Source: Desulfonatronospira sp. | GTDB lineage: Bacteria > Desulfobacterota > Desulfovibrionia > Desulfovibrionales > Desulfonatronovibrionaceae | Assembly: GCF_003553695.1 (NCBI RefSeq) | Contig: NZ_PWFB01000012.1 | DNA: 64,000 nucleotides | Strand: one strand, 5' to 3' | Part shown: positions 8,624 through 17,229 of the stretch, one piece after another | Layout of the letters: every line of letters begins with the position of its first letter | Numbering within the stretch: position 1 is the first letter of the stretch | Program-made: the position numbers and the translations under genes | The notes under the pieces: model-generated | Database searches by the model: none | Told to the model about the DNA's origin: nothing | What the model saw: the letters and a program-made list of their open reading frames with translations, nothing else

Positions 8624-9799
8624 ATGAGCACGGAAAATTTCCCCCTTCCCGGAAAAAACATTGCCAGATCAGAAAAGCGCAGCATACCTGATATAGAGCA
8701 TGGGCCTGATCTGTATATAAAATTTCAGGGCCAAAGGCTTTTGAACCTGGCTTCCAACAACTACCTGGGACTGGCCGGTTCGGAAAAAATGAAAGAAGCA
8801 TCAATGCGCGCCGTGGCGCAATTCGGTACTTCCAGCGGTGCATCCAGACTTATTTCCGGAAACTACTCGCTGTACTCAGCACTGGAAGATGCCCTGTGCA
8901 GCTTCAAGGAAACTTCCGCTGCCCTGGTATTCGGTTCCGGGTATGCTGCCAATCTGGGAATATTAAATGCCCTGGCCCACAGAAAATGCCTGGTATTTTC
9001 CGACAGGCTAAATCATGCCAGCATCATTGACGGAATCACCCTTTCCAGGGCTGTTCACGTGCGTTACAGGCACGCCGATCCCGAACATCTGGAATATCTT
9101 CTGGCCCAAAAGCCCGTCCAGGCTCCCAAGATCCTCATCACAGACACCGTTTTCAGCATGGACGGGGACAAGGCCCCTTTACCTCAAATATTGAACCTGT
9201 GCAGAAAGTACAGGGTACTGACCATTGTAGATGAGGCCCATGCCACCGGGATACTGGGCAGAGGCAGGGGCCTGGTCCATGAACTTGGTCTGCAGCAGGA
9301 GATAGACCTGCACATGGGTACCTTCAGCAAGGCCCTGGGATCATACGGCGGCTACGTGGCCGGATCAAAAGAACTGGTGGATTTTCTGATAAACAGGTCC
9401 CGCAGCTTTATCTACTCCACATCATTGCCCCCTGCCGTGGTGGGAGCCAGCCTGGAAGCACTGCAACAGGTACAGGACCACCCAGGGCAGGGACAAAGGC
9501 TTTTGGAGCTGTCCAGTGAACTGAGGTCATTTTTGCAGGAACTTGGCCTTGACACCGGCACAAGCACTACCCAGATTATCCCGGTGATAATGAAAAACAG
9601 CCAGGCCGTGCTCCAGGCCCAGGCAGAGCTGATCCAGGCCGGCATTTTTGCCGGGGCAATCCGCCCCCCCACTGTCCCTGCGGATTCAGCCAGACTAAGG
9701 CTCTCCGTGCGAGGGGACATGGCCCGCAAGGAAATGGAACTGGTAAAAAACGCCTTCCGCAAAATCTTTACCAGGCAGAGCCGTAATGAACAGGCATGA
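8624..9799 (+). CDS. bioF: 8-amino-7-oxononanoate synthase (PLP alpha-oxoamine synthase family)
   Basis: LASNNYLGL, SGASRLISG, SDRLNHASIIDG, DEAHATG, GTFSKALG, AIRPPTVP. Confidence 0.85.
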   Translation: MSTENFPLPGKNIARSEKRSIPDIEHGPDLYIKFQGQRLLNLASNNYLGLAGSEKMKEASMRAVAQFGTSSGASRLISGNYSLYSALEDALCSFKETSAALVFGSGYAANLGILNALAHRKCLVFSDRLNHASIIDGITLSRAVHVRYRHADPEHLEYLLAQKPVQAPKILITDTVFSMDGDKAPLPQILNLCRKYRVLTIVDEAHATGILGRGRGLVHELGLQQEIDLHMGTFSKALGSYGGYVAGSKELVDFLINRSRSFIYSTSLPPAVVGASLEALQQVQDHPGQGQRLLELSSELRSFLQELGLDTGTSTTQIIPVIMKNSQAVLQAQAELIQAGIFAGAIRPPTVPADSARLRLSVRGDMARKEMELVKNAFRKIFTRQSRNEQA

Positions 9800-10412
9800 C
9801 CCCTACTTCAGCGCAGCCCCATTTTACGATCTGGCAGTCACTCCTTTTCTGCACCGCATAAGAAAAGCAATCTGTATCCAGCTGCAGAAAATGCAGGTGA
9901 AAAAAGTGGTGGATCTGGGCTGCGGTACCGGACGCCAGCTTGAGCTTTTGCACCGGCAAGGCTTCCAGGCCTGCGGGGTTGATTTTTCCGCTGCAATGCT
10001 TAAAAAGGCTGCAGACTATTCTTCCAGCACTGCGCTATTTCAGGCGGACATAACCAGGACGCCTTTTTTGGGCCACAGCTTCGACAGTGCCCTTCTCAGT
10101 CTGGCCCTGCATGAAAATCCATGGACCGTGCAGCAGGCAATAATCGCAGAAGCCCTGCGCATAACCCGCCCAAAAGGTGCCCTTCTCCTGCTGGATCACT
10201 GCCCGGCCTCCAGCAGGGCCGGTAAGATTATACACCTTTTAACCCATATACCCGAGCGGCTGGCAGGGAAGAATCATTACCGAAACTATCTGGAATTCAT
10301 GAAAAAAGGAGGGCTGCAGGGGCTGTTTCTGTCCTGGCCGGACTTGCAGGCTACGGAGATTGAGCATTATTACCTGGGCAACCTGGTACTTCTAAAGGTC
10401 AAAAAATTATGA
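9786..10412 (+). CDS. Class I SAM-dependent methyltransferase
   Basis: VVDLGCGTG, GVDFSAAML, QADITRTPF, SFD; overlaps the bioF stop. Confidence 0.88.
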   Translation: MNRHDPYFSAAPFYDLAVTPFLHRIRKAICIQLQKMQVKKVVDLGCGTGRQLELLHRQGFQACGVDFSAAMLKKAADYSSSTALFQADITRTPFLGHSFDSALLSLALHENPWTVQQAIIAEALRITRPKGALLLLDHCPASSRAGKIIHLLTHIPERLAGKNHYRNYLEFMKKGGLQGLFLSWPDLQATEIEHYYLGNLVLLKVKKL

Positions 10413-10431
10413 AGGAAAAGGTAACCATTCA

Positions 10432-10643
10432 CCAGGGTCCGTGGACTTTACAAACAGGACGTAAAAACTCACTCCAAGGAAGCGTAAATCAAAACCTGTA
10501 CACGAGTTTTTAAGCGAGCATAACTTCTATAACACGCTTCAAATCAGGTTCGGTGTTTTACGGTTTTGATTAATCACGCCAAAGGCGTGACTACGCGTCC
10601 TTTATACAGTTTACGCCCAGTTTGTAAAGCCCCCGGACCCTGG
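10432..10643. mobile_element. 212-bp MITE-like element with 34-bp imperfect terminal inverted repeats
   Basis: CCAGGGTCCGTGGACTTTACAAACAGGACGTAAA (10432-10465) vs reverse complement of 10610-10643, 30/34; no TSD seen; no coding capacity recognised. Confidence 0.7.
10574..10594 (-). repeat. GTAG-type REP-like hairpin
   Basis: Minus strand reads GTAG-TCACGCC-TTT-GGCGTGA. Confidence 0.55.
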
Positions 10644-10732
10644 ATATCAGTGGAACGCTTAGATTGACCAATTTTATCAGATGGTGGATAGTTACAACAA
10701 ATAAACCAAACCTAAACACAAAGGAGTAAGCC

Positions 10733-11251
10733 ATGCTGACCCCGAAAATGCAGGAAGCCCTGAACCAGCAGGTAAACGCGGAGATGTATTCCGCATATAT
10801 GTATCTTTCCATGTCCGGCTGGTTTGAGGACAGAAGCCTGGCCGGATGCGCCAGGTGGATGCGTATGCAGGCCCAGGAGGAACTGATGCATGCCATGAAG
10901 ATTTACGACTTTATTCATGAACGCGGAGGCCAGGCGCAGCTGACAGCCATTGAAGAACCTCCCCGGAACTGGAGTTCTGCCCTGGATGTATTTGAAAACG
11001 TGCTCTCCCATGAAAAAAAGGTCACCAGCCTGATAAACGACCTGGTGGATCTGGCCATTCAGGAAAAAGACCATGCCTCCAATATCTTTTTGCAGTGGTT
11101 TGTAACGGAACAGGTGGAGGAAGAGGCCAGTGCCGATGCGGTCCTGCAGAAGATCAAGCTGACAGCTGACGCTCCCGGCGGTCTTTTTGCCATTGATCAG
11201 GAACTGAGTCAGAGAACCATGGCCTGCCCCTGCGGTCAGGGCCAGATATAA
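10733..11251 (+). CDS. ftn: Non-heme ferritin
   Basis: LNQQVNAEMYSAYMYLSM, QAQEELMHAMK, HEKKVT, FLQWFVTEQVEEE ferroxidase ligands; AAGGAG RBS. Confidence 0.95.
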   Translation: MLTPKMQEALNQQVNAEMYSAYMYLSMSGWFEDRSLAGCARWMRMQAQEELMHAMKIYDFIHERGGQAQLTAIEEPPRNWSSALDVFENVLSHEKKVTSLINDLVDLAIQEKDHASNIFLQWFVTEQVEEEASADAVLQKIKLTADAPGGLFAIDQELSQRTMACPCGQGQI

Positions 11252-11277
11252 GTCAAGCAGGCAATACGGACGGCTTT

Positions 11278-11310
11278 GCGCCTGCAAAAAATCTTCTGCA
11301 GGCGCTTTTT
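11278..11310 (+). terminator. Putative intrinsic terminator after ferritin
   Basis: GCGCCTGCA/TGCAGGCGC 9-bp stem followed by TTTTT. Confidence 0.6.
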
Positions 11311-11314
11311 GTTC

Positions 11315-11437
11315 TCAAGGCCTGGGCAGGCGCAAGGTAATCCGGGTGCCCCGGCCTTCTGCAGAGTCTATCCACATCCTGCCCCCGAACCGCCTGACAA
11401 CGCTGTAGGCCTTGGTCAGGCCGAAACCGCCGCCCAT
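11315..11437 (-). pseudogene. Relic C-terminus of a sensor histidine kinase ATPase domain
   Basis: Hand translation MGGGFGLTKAYSVVRRFGGRMWIDSAEGRGTRITLRLPRP* matches the G2 box and last strands of HATPase_c; upstream frame closed by TAG, no H/N/G1 boxes. Confidence 0.7.
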
Positions 11438-11539
11438 GGTTCTTTTTTCCTGCACGTTGCTGCCCGGGAATTTAAAATAAAGGCCGGCATGACCGCTATA
11501 TGCCTAAGGGCACCCAGGTTCAAGCCGGCCGGAACTCGT

Positions 11540-12367
11540 TTACTTTTCTTCTGAGCCACCCGCAATGGCCTGCCATGTATTCCTGAACAAAAAGCTGTTG
11601 TCCACGTTGTTTTCCATCTCCTTGAATAGAGCCAGGGGCATGGAAAAGGACATGAGGTTTCTGTCCAGCATCCTGCGCAGATACTTGCGGGCCGAAGGGT
11701 CCATGAGCCCCACAACTGCCCCGGGCTCTTCCTTGAGAGCCTCGGCATAGGGCAGAAGGGCAATGGCCTGGCATCCGGCCACAAATGGAATGCTCACGTT
11801 GTTGAAACTGTGGCGGCCATGGTTGGCCAGGACAACCAGGGCGCACAACTGGTCTGCATCCACCAGAAAAGTGACCACCTGCACATTTTCGTTTTCTTCA
11901 TCAGCCTGCTGCAGGGGTTTGAGCACCACGTACTCCGCGGGCACCTCGGTAATGGGCAAAGACTCCACGTAAGAGCGTACATGCTCCGGGCCCTTGAGGT
12001 AGCGTTCCCCTTCCAGGAAATCATCGCCGAATTCCCCCAGACCGGCTTCTTTGAGCTTATCCCCCACAGCCCTGCCATTTTCTGAATTCTTGTTCCCGCT
12101 GGACAGGAAATTGTAAAAACATTCCTGCCCCCCTGGAAACTCCTGGTACTTGTTGCCGAATCCCAGGCCAACTCCCCCGCCCCAGCATCCATAGCTCTGA
12201 CGGCTGAATACCGCTGTTCTGCCCTTGACCACGCTGGCCAGGGAAAACATGACGCAGCCCCAGCGATCCGGCTTGAATTCCACCGCCCCGGACGGCTTTT
12301 CATCGGACCAGATCAGGGCCGCCGGCTGGTATTTAAGCTTCAGGATGGATGCAGTCCTGCTCAGCAT
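11540..12367 (-). CDS. DUF169-like protein
   Basis: LKLKYQPAAL start, GCWGGGVGLGF, VTFLVDADQLCALV, PFVAGC, GLMDPSAR pattern recalled for DUF169; start moved to ATG 12367 behind GGAGG. Confidence 0.7.
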   Translation of the reverse strand: MLSRTASILKLKYQPAALIWSDEKPSGAVEFKPDRWGCVMFSLASVVKGRTAVFSRQSYGCWGGGVGLGFGNKYQEFPGGQECFYNFLSSGNKNSENGRAVGDKLKEAGLGEFGDDFLEGERYLKGPEHVRSYVESLPITEVPAEYVVLKPLQQADEENENVQVVTFLVDADQLCALVVLANHGRHSFNNVSIPFVAGCQAIALLPYAEALKEEPGAVVGLMDPSARKYLRRMLDRNLMSFSMPLALFKEMENNVDNSFLFRNTWQAIAGGSEEK

Positions 12368-12378
12368 AAAAGCCTCCT

Positions 12379-12585
12379 TCAGGCTGAACCGGCTGCAGGC
12401 TTGACTACAGCACCCGAGCGCAGGCACCTGGTGCAGACCCGGATTCTTCTTACCCGGCCCTGAGGCAGCTGGGCCCGGACCCGGCGCAGGTTGGGCATAA
12501 ACCTTCTCCTGCTATGATTGTTGGCGTGGCTGACGTTGTTGCCGGTGGCGGGTTTTTTGCCGCATACTTCACATTGCTTGGTCAT
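12379..12585 (-). CDS. rpmB: 50S ribosomal protein L28
   Basis: [36 protein letters not shown]. Confidence 0.96.
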   Translation of the reverse strand: MTKQCEVCGKKPATGNNVSHANNHSRRRFMPNLRRVRAQLPQGRVRRIRVCTRCLRSGAVVKPAAGSA

Positions 12586-12721
12586 AACCTTATCTCCTTG
12601 ACATTAAAAATATTAAGGGGCTGCTGTTTACACACCCTTTTCCATGACTTACTCATTGCAGTCGGCATGTGTGTTGATGCCTGCCTAAACGGATGAAAAA
12701 TGTTCAGCGTTTTGCATGCAG

Positions 12722-12741
12722 GATGCAACTGCAAAAAGTCG
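12722..12741 (+). repeat. Solo end of the GATGCA-CTGCAAAAAGTCG repeat family
   Basis: GATGCAACTGCAAAAAGTCG, 19/20 identical to the right TIR of the 3830-3957 element. Confidence 0.65.
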
Positions 12742-12862
12742 GAATGCGGACGATAAGCTGGACTTGGAAAGCAGATGACTCAAGGTTAACCCAGATACAT
12801 CGACCGCAAGGCAAAAAAAGAATATATTAGCTGCTTGATTTAAAAATGGCAAGAGTAAAATC

Positions 12863-12890
12863 TTGACATACTCCGGCATAACAGGATAAT
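12863..12890 (+). promoter_or_regulatory. Putative sigma-70 promoter of the yceD-rpmF-plsX operon
   Basis: TTGACA-16 nt-GATAAT. Confidence 0.5.
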
Positions 12891-12911
12891 TAAACTTTTT
12901 CGAGTTTACAC

Positions 12912-13439
12912 ATGTTGCTTTCAGACTGGCTGCCCTTATCAGAAATCCCGGACCAGGGGTTGAAATATTCCTTTCAGGACGATTCCAGATGGAACCTGTT
13001 GTGGGAAAAATTCGGACTTGACTGCCGTATGGAAAAAAGCCTGGTGTCCTCCCTGGAAGTCCTTCCCCAGAGCAGGGGAGTCTACTTCCGTGGACAGATC
13101 CAAGGTCAGGTGGTCATGACCTGCTCACGATGCCTGGAACCGGGCAGCGTGGACATAAATTACAATATTGACGTGTACGAGAGCTTTGAAGCAGACCCGG
13201 AAGATCATCCCGGATACAGCCCCCTCAAATTTGAAGACGGTCAATGGTGGTTCAGCCCGGAACACCTGGCCTGGGAGCATTTCGTCCTGGCCCTTCCGGA
13301 CAAGCCCCTTTGCTCCAGGGACTGTAAAGGAATCTGTCCTGCCTGCGGAGAAAATATCAACACCGGCCCCTGCACCTGTCCTGAGGAATCCCAGGATCCC
13401 AGGCTGGCCGTGTTCAAAAATCTGAAAATAAATCGATAG
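12912..13439 (+). CDS. yceD: DUF177/YceD family protein
   Basis: CSRCLE and LCSRDCKGICPACGENIN..DPRLAVFK; directly before rpmF. Confidence 0.9.
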   Translation: MLLSDWLPLSEIPDQGLKYSFQDDSRWNLLWEKFGLDCRMEKSLVSSLEVLPQSRGVYFRGQIQGQVVMTCSRCLEPGSVDINYNIDVYESFEADPEDHPGYSPLKFEDGQWWFSPEHLAWEHFVLALPDKPLCSRDCKGICPACGENINTGPCTCPEESQDPRLAVFKNLKINR

Positions 13440-13450
13440 AGAGGTTAATA

Positions 13451-13639
13451 ATGGCTTTACCCAAAAAGAAAACTTCCAGATCAAAGAAGGGGATGCGCCG
13501 GTCGCACGATCACATTCCCGCACCCAACGTAATATACTGCGACTGCGGAGAAGCTTCCCTGTCCCACAGGGTATGCCCTCAGTGCGGCACCTACAGAAGC
13601 CGGACATACATCAAATCCACTGCGGATGAATCCGATTAA
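13451..13639 (+). CDS. rpmF: 50S ribosomal protein L32
   Basis: MALPKKKTSRSKKGMRRSH..CDCGE..HRVCPQCG. Confidence 0.96.
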   Translation: MALPKKKTSRSKKGMRRSHDHIPAPNVIYCDCGEASLSHRVCPQCGTYRSRTYIKSTADESD

Positions 13640-14684
13640 GCCCTGGATTGCAGTAGATGCCATGGGCGGGGACTCCGGCCCTGAGGTAGTCATCCCCGGA
13701 AGCCTTGAAGCCGCCAGGCAGGACAACCTGGGTCTGGTACTGGTGGGTGACCAGGAAAAAATTGGACAGGCCCTGGCAAAACAGAAAACTGGAAATCTCA
13801 AGTTGGAAGTTCTCCATGCTCCTGAAGTGGTTGCCATGAATGACAAACCTTCAGAGGCCCTTCGCCGCAAGAAAAATTCTTCCATCCAGGCCGCCTTCAA
13901 ATCTGTGCGTGAAAAAAAGGCCCACGGAGTGGTCAGCGCAGGCAACTCGGGAGCTACCCTGGCCTGCGGCATGTTCACCCTGGGACGCATTAAAGGCATT
14001 GAACGCCCGGCTCTGGCCTCCATACTGCCCACAGAAAAAAAGGAGCCTCTGGTACTGGTGGATGTCGGGGCCAATGTTGAATGCAAGCCTTATCACCTCA
14101 TCCAGTTTGGTCTCATGGCTGATGTCTTTGCCCGGAACGTTCTGCACATTAAAAATCCGCGCATCGGGGTCCTGAGCATCGGCGAGGAGGAGGGCAAAGG
14201 CAACAAGCTGGTACTGGAAACCATAAAGCTTTTCAAATCGTCATCCATGAACTTTATAGGCAATGTCGAAGGCAGAGACTTTTTTGCCGGTAAAGCCGAT
14301 GTGGTGGTTTGCGACGGTTTCGTTGGCAATGTCTCTTTGAAGCTCATGGAGGGTCTGGCCATGTCTTTAAGCCGCATTCTCAAGGCGGAAGTGAAAAAGA
14401 GCATGCTGGCCAGGCTGGGATTTCTTCTGGGCATCAGGGCCCTTAAAAGATTCGGCAGGCACATTGATTATGCCGAATACGGTGGAGCCCCTCTGCTGGG
14501 CCTCAACGGCATAGGGATCGTATGCCACGGTTCCTCCAACTCCAAGGCCATTACCAATGCTGTACTCATGGCCGGAGAATTCGTTCGCAACCGGGCCAAT
14601 GAGCACCTGGCGGAAGGACTGGGACAAAACCAGGAAATAGGCATGTTCGGCAAACGCCACCAGGTAAAAAACCACTCGGCTTAG
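13626..14684 (+). CDS. plsX: Phosphate acyltransferase PlsX
   Basis: IAVDAMGGD, VSAGNSGA, IERPAL, DVGANV, IGEEEGKGN, FIGNVEG, VCDGFVGN, YGGAPLLG. Confidence 0.96.
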   Translation: MNPIKPWIAVDAMGGDSGPEVVIPGSLEAARQDNLGLVLVGDQEKIGQALAKQKTGNLKLEVLHAPEVVAMNDKPSEALRRKKNSSIQAAFKSVREKKAHGVVSAGNSGATLACGMFTLGRIKGIERPALASILPTEKKEPLVLVDVGANVECKPYHLIQFGLMADVFARNVLHIKNPRIGVLSIGEEEGKGNKLVLETIKLFKSSSMNFIGNVEGRDFFAGKADVVVCDGFVGNVSLKLMEGLAMSLSRILKAEVKKSMLARLGFLLGIRALKRFGRHIDYAEYGGAPLLGLNGIGIVCHGSSNSKAITNAVLMAGEFVRNRANEHLAEGLGQNQEIGMFGKRHQVKNHSA

Positions 14685-14723
14685 CCCAGGGTGAGCTGCC
14701 TTTATTTCCATGCAGACCAAGAC

Positions 14724-14750
14724 GTCAGAAGTCAGAGGTCAGTAAAAACA
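14724..14750 (+). repeat. Heptamer repeat fragment shared with the 3830-3957 element
   Basis: TCAGAGGTCAGTAAAAACA identical at 3882-3900 and 14732-14750. Confidence 0.65.
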
Positions 14751-14947
14751 AAGACTTATGTAGATTGTTGGTTCCTTCGCATCCAAGAGGACATAAGCCG
14801 GCAATGTACAATAAAAATACTGCAAATTTCACTGTAACATTAATCCATAACCCGTAATTCTATTCCCTGACACCCTTAATGCTCTAACATTACCCTGCAG
14901 CTACTGCATCGAAGGCCTCAAAAACGTCCTCGACCGACATTTTTCAA

Positions 14948-15943
14948 ATGAAGAACAACTGCTGTTTAACAGGACTTGGCTACTATGTCCCTGAAAAAGT
15001 CATGACCAACCATGACTTTGAACTTCTGATGGATACCTCCGACGAATGGATCACCACCAGAACAGGGATCAGTCAACGCCATGTATGCACCGACCAGGCC
15101 TGTTCAGATCTTGCATACCATTCATCCATCCTGGCCTTGAAAGAAGCCCGGCTTGCTCCTAATGATCTCACCCACATCATCGTGGCCACCTTTACCCCGG
15201 ACGCCTTTATCCCCAATGCAGCCTGCCTGCTCCTGGAAAAACTTGGACACAGGAATATCGCCGCCCTGGACATCAACACCGCCTGTACAGGTTTTATCTA
15301 CGGCCTGGAACTGGCCAGGGGGCTTTGCATGCTTCCCGGCGAAGCCAATGTGCTGGTTGTGGCCTCCGAGGCCCTGACCACCAGGGTCAATTTTTCCGAC
15401 AGGAGTACCTGCGTTCTTTTCGGGGATGGAGCCGGGGCTGCGGTTGTTTCCAGCACTTGTGGAAACCCGGACGCAATGCACGGCCGGATTCTGGACGTTT
15501 GTCTCAAAGCGGACGGCGCTCTGGGAGAACTCCTGACCATCAAGGGCGGAGGATCGGCCTATCCCATGGCCCTGGGTGAGACAGTAAAGGAAAACTTTTT
15601 TGTCCAGATGGAAGGCCGGGAAGTGTTTAAACACGCGGTTCGCTCCATGTACAATGTTGCTCTGGAAATCATGGAAAGAAACAACGTCCGCCCCGGGGAC
15701 ATCGACCTGGTGGTGCCGCACCAGGCCAATATCCGTATCATTGATGCCCTGGCCAAGAAAATGAATCTTGACCCCGCAAATTTATTTGTTAATGTTCAAA
15801 AATACGGCAACACTTCAGCCGCCTCAGTGCCCATAGCCCTTGCCGAGGCCAGGGAGAAGGGCCGTATCAGGCCGGGAGACCTGGTGCTTATGGTGGCCTT
15901 CGGAGGAGGCTTTACCTGGGGAGCGGCGCTGGTACAATTTTAA
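14948..15943 (+). CDS. fabH: 3-oxoacyl-ACP synthase III
   Basis: SDEWITTRTGI, DINTACTGF (Cys), LFGDGAGA, PHQAN, YGNTSAAS, FGGGFTWG. Confidence 0.96.
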   Translation: MKNNCCLTGLGYYVPEKVMTNHDFELLMDTSDEWITTRTGISQRHVCTDQACSDLAYHSSILALKEARLAPNDLTHIIVATFTPDAFIPNAACLLLEKLGHRNIAALDINTACTGFIYGLELARGLCMLPGEANVLVVASEALTTRVNFSDRSTCVLFGDGAGAAVVSSTCGNPDAMHGRILDVCLKADGALGELLTIKGGGSAYPMALGETVKENFFVQMEGREVFKHAVRSMYNVALEIMERNNVRPGDIDLVVPHQANIRIIDALAKKMNLDPANLFVNVQKYGNTSAASVPIALAEAREKGRIRPGDLVLMVAFGGGFTWGAALVQF

Positions 15944-15962
15944 AGCCAGAAGAGAGGTTAAT

Positions 15963-16706
15963 ATGTCCGAGCTTTTAAAAACCGCCCTGGTCACCGGCGG
16001 CTCCCGCGGCATAGGCAGGGAATGCGCCCTGCGCCTGGCCCGGGACGGATACAATGTATACATCACCTACGTAAGCAAACCCCAACAGGCCAGGGAAACC
16101 TGCGCCGAGATTGAAAAACTGGGGGCACAGGCCACTGCATTTGAGCTGGACGTAGGAGACCAGGAAGCCATTATTGATTTTTTCAAAAAAGAAATAAAAG
16201 ACAGGGTAGAACTGCAAGTGCTGGTGAACAATGCCGGCCTGACCCAGGACGGGCTTCTGGTGCGCATGAAACCCGAGCAATGGGAAAAAGTCATCCGGGT
16301 CAACCTCACGGGGTCATTCATCTGCCTGCAGCAGGCAGCCAAACTCATGATGCGCAGCCGCCGGGGGCGCATCATTAATTTATCCTCTGTAACCGCCCAG
16401 ACCGGCAACCCCGGTCAGGCCAATTACACCTCCGCCAAAGCAGGACTCATAGGTCTGACTAAAACAGCAGCCCAGGAACTGGCCCCCAGAAACATCACCG
16501 TGAACGCCGTTGCCCCGGGTTTCATCGACACGGACATGACCGACAAGCTGCCAGGGGATATCCGGGACAGATTTCTGCAGATGATACCCCTGCAGCGTTT
16601 CGGAACCCCCCGGGACGTTGCCGAATGCGTGGCCTTTCTTGCTTCCGAGGAAGCAGGGTACATAACCGGACAGGTCCTGGGAATCAACGGAGGGCTGTAT
16701 ATGTAG
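15963..16706 (+). CDS. fabG: 3-oxoacyl-ACP reductase
   Basis: TGGSRGIG, LVNNAG, YTSAK, NAVAPGFI, GQVLGINGG; start moved to ATG 15963 behind GAGGT. Confidence 0.96.
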   Translation: MSELLKTALVTGGSRGIGRECALRLARDGYNVYITYVSKPQQARETCAEIEKLGAQATAFELDVGDQEAIIDFFKKEIKDRVELQVLVNNAGLTQDGLLVRMKPEQWEKVIRVNLTGSFICLQQAAKLMMRSRRGRIINLSSVTAQTGNPGQANYTSAKAGLIGLTKTAAQELAPRNITVNAVAPGFIDTDMTDKLPGDIRDRFLQMIPLQRFGTPRDVAECVAFLASEEAGYITGQVLGINGGLYM

Positions 16707-16850
16707 TCCGGGGATTGATGCCCGACCCTTTTATCACAACTTGAAACTTTGGCCGGCATGTAATATGGAGACATCTGGCTTTCAGCATACAATGCCTTCA
16801 AGACAAACGCTGCAAATGTATCGTCAATTCAAACAATTAAGGAGAAAACA

Positions 16851-17081
16851 ATGTCAGTAGAACAGAAAGTAAAGGACATCGTTGTGGACCAGCTTGGAAT
16901 TTCCGCCGAAGAAGTAAAGCCCGGGGCCAAATTTGTAGAGGACCTGGGGGCTGACTCCCTGGACCTGACAGAACTTATCATGGCCATGGAAGAAGAATTC
17001 GATATTGAAATCGACGATGAAAAGGCCCAGGAACTGCTTACCGTGCAATCGGCCATAGACTTTATCAAGGCCAACCAGTAG
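16851..17081 (+). CDS. acpP: Acyl carrier protein
   Basis: DLGADSLD phosphopantetheine motif; 76 aa acidic. Confidence 0.97.
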   Translation: MSVEQKVKDIVVDQLGISAEEVKPGAKFVEDLGADSLDLTELIMAMEEEFDIEIDDEKAQELLTVQSAIDFIKANQ

Positions 17082-17229
17082 CCTGTTGACAGGGCATCTG
17101 CATCCCCCGCCGGCATGCTGATCAACCCCCTCTTTTTACAAAGCCAGGACGCGGAATAATCCGCTGACTCTTTCTGGGCGGAAAGAAGAGAAAAAGAGTA
17201 AACCCAAAGTAAGCGCAGGATAACAAACA

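Noticed and set aside
10660-10700. Fur/PerR box before ferritin
   Set aside because: No convincing GATAATGATAATCATTATC-like or 7-1-7 dyad
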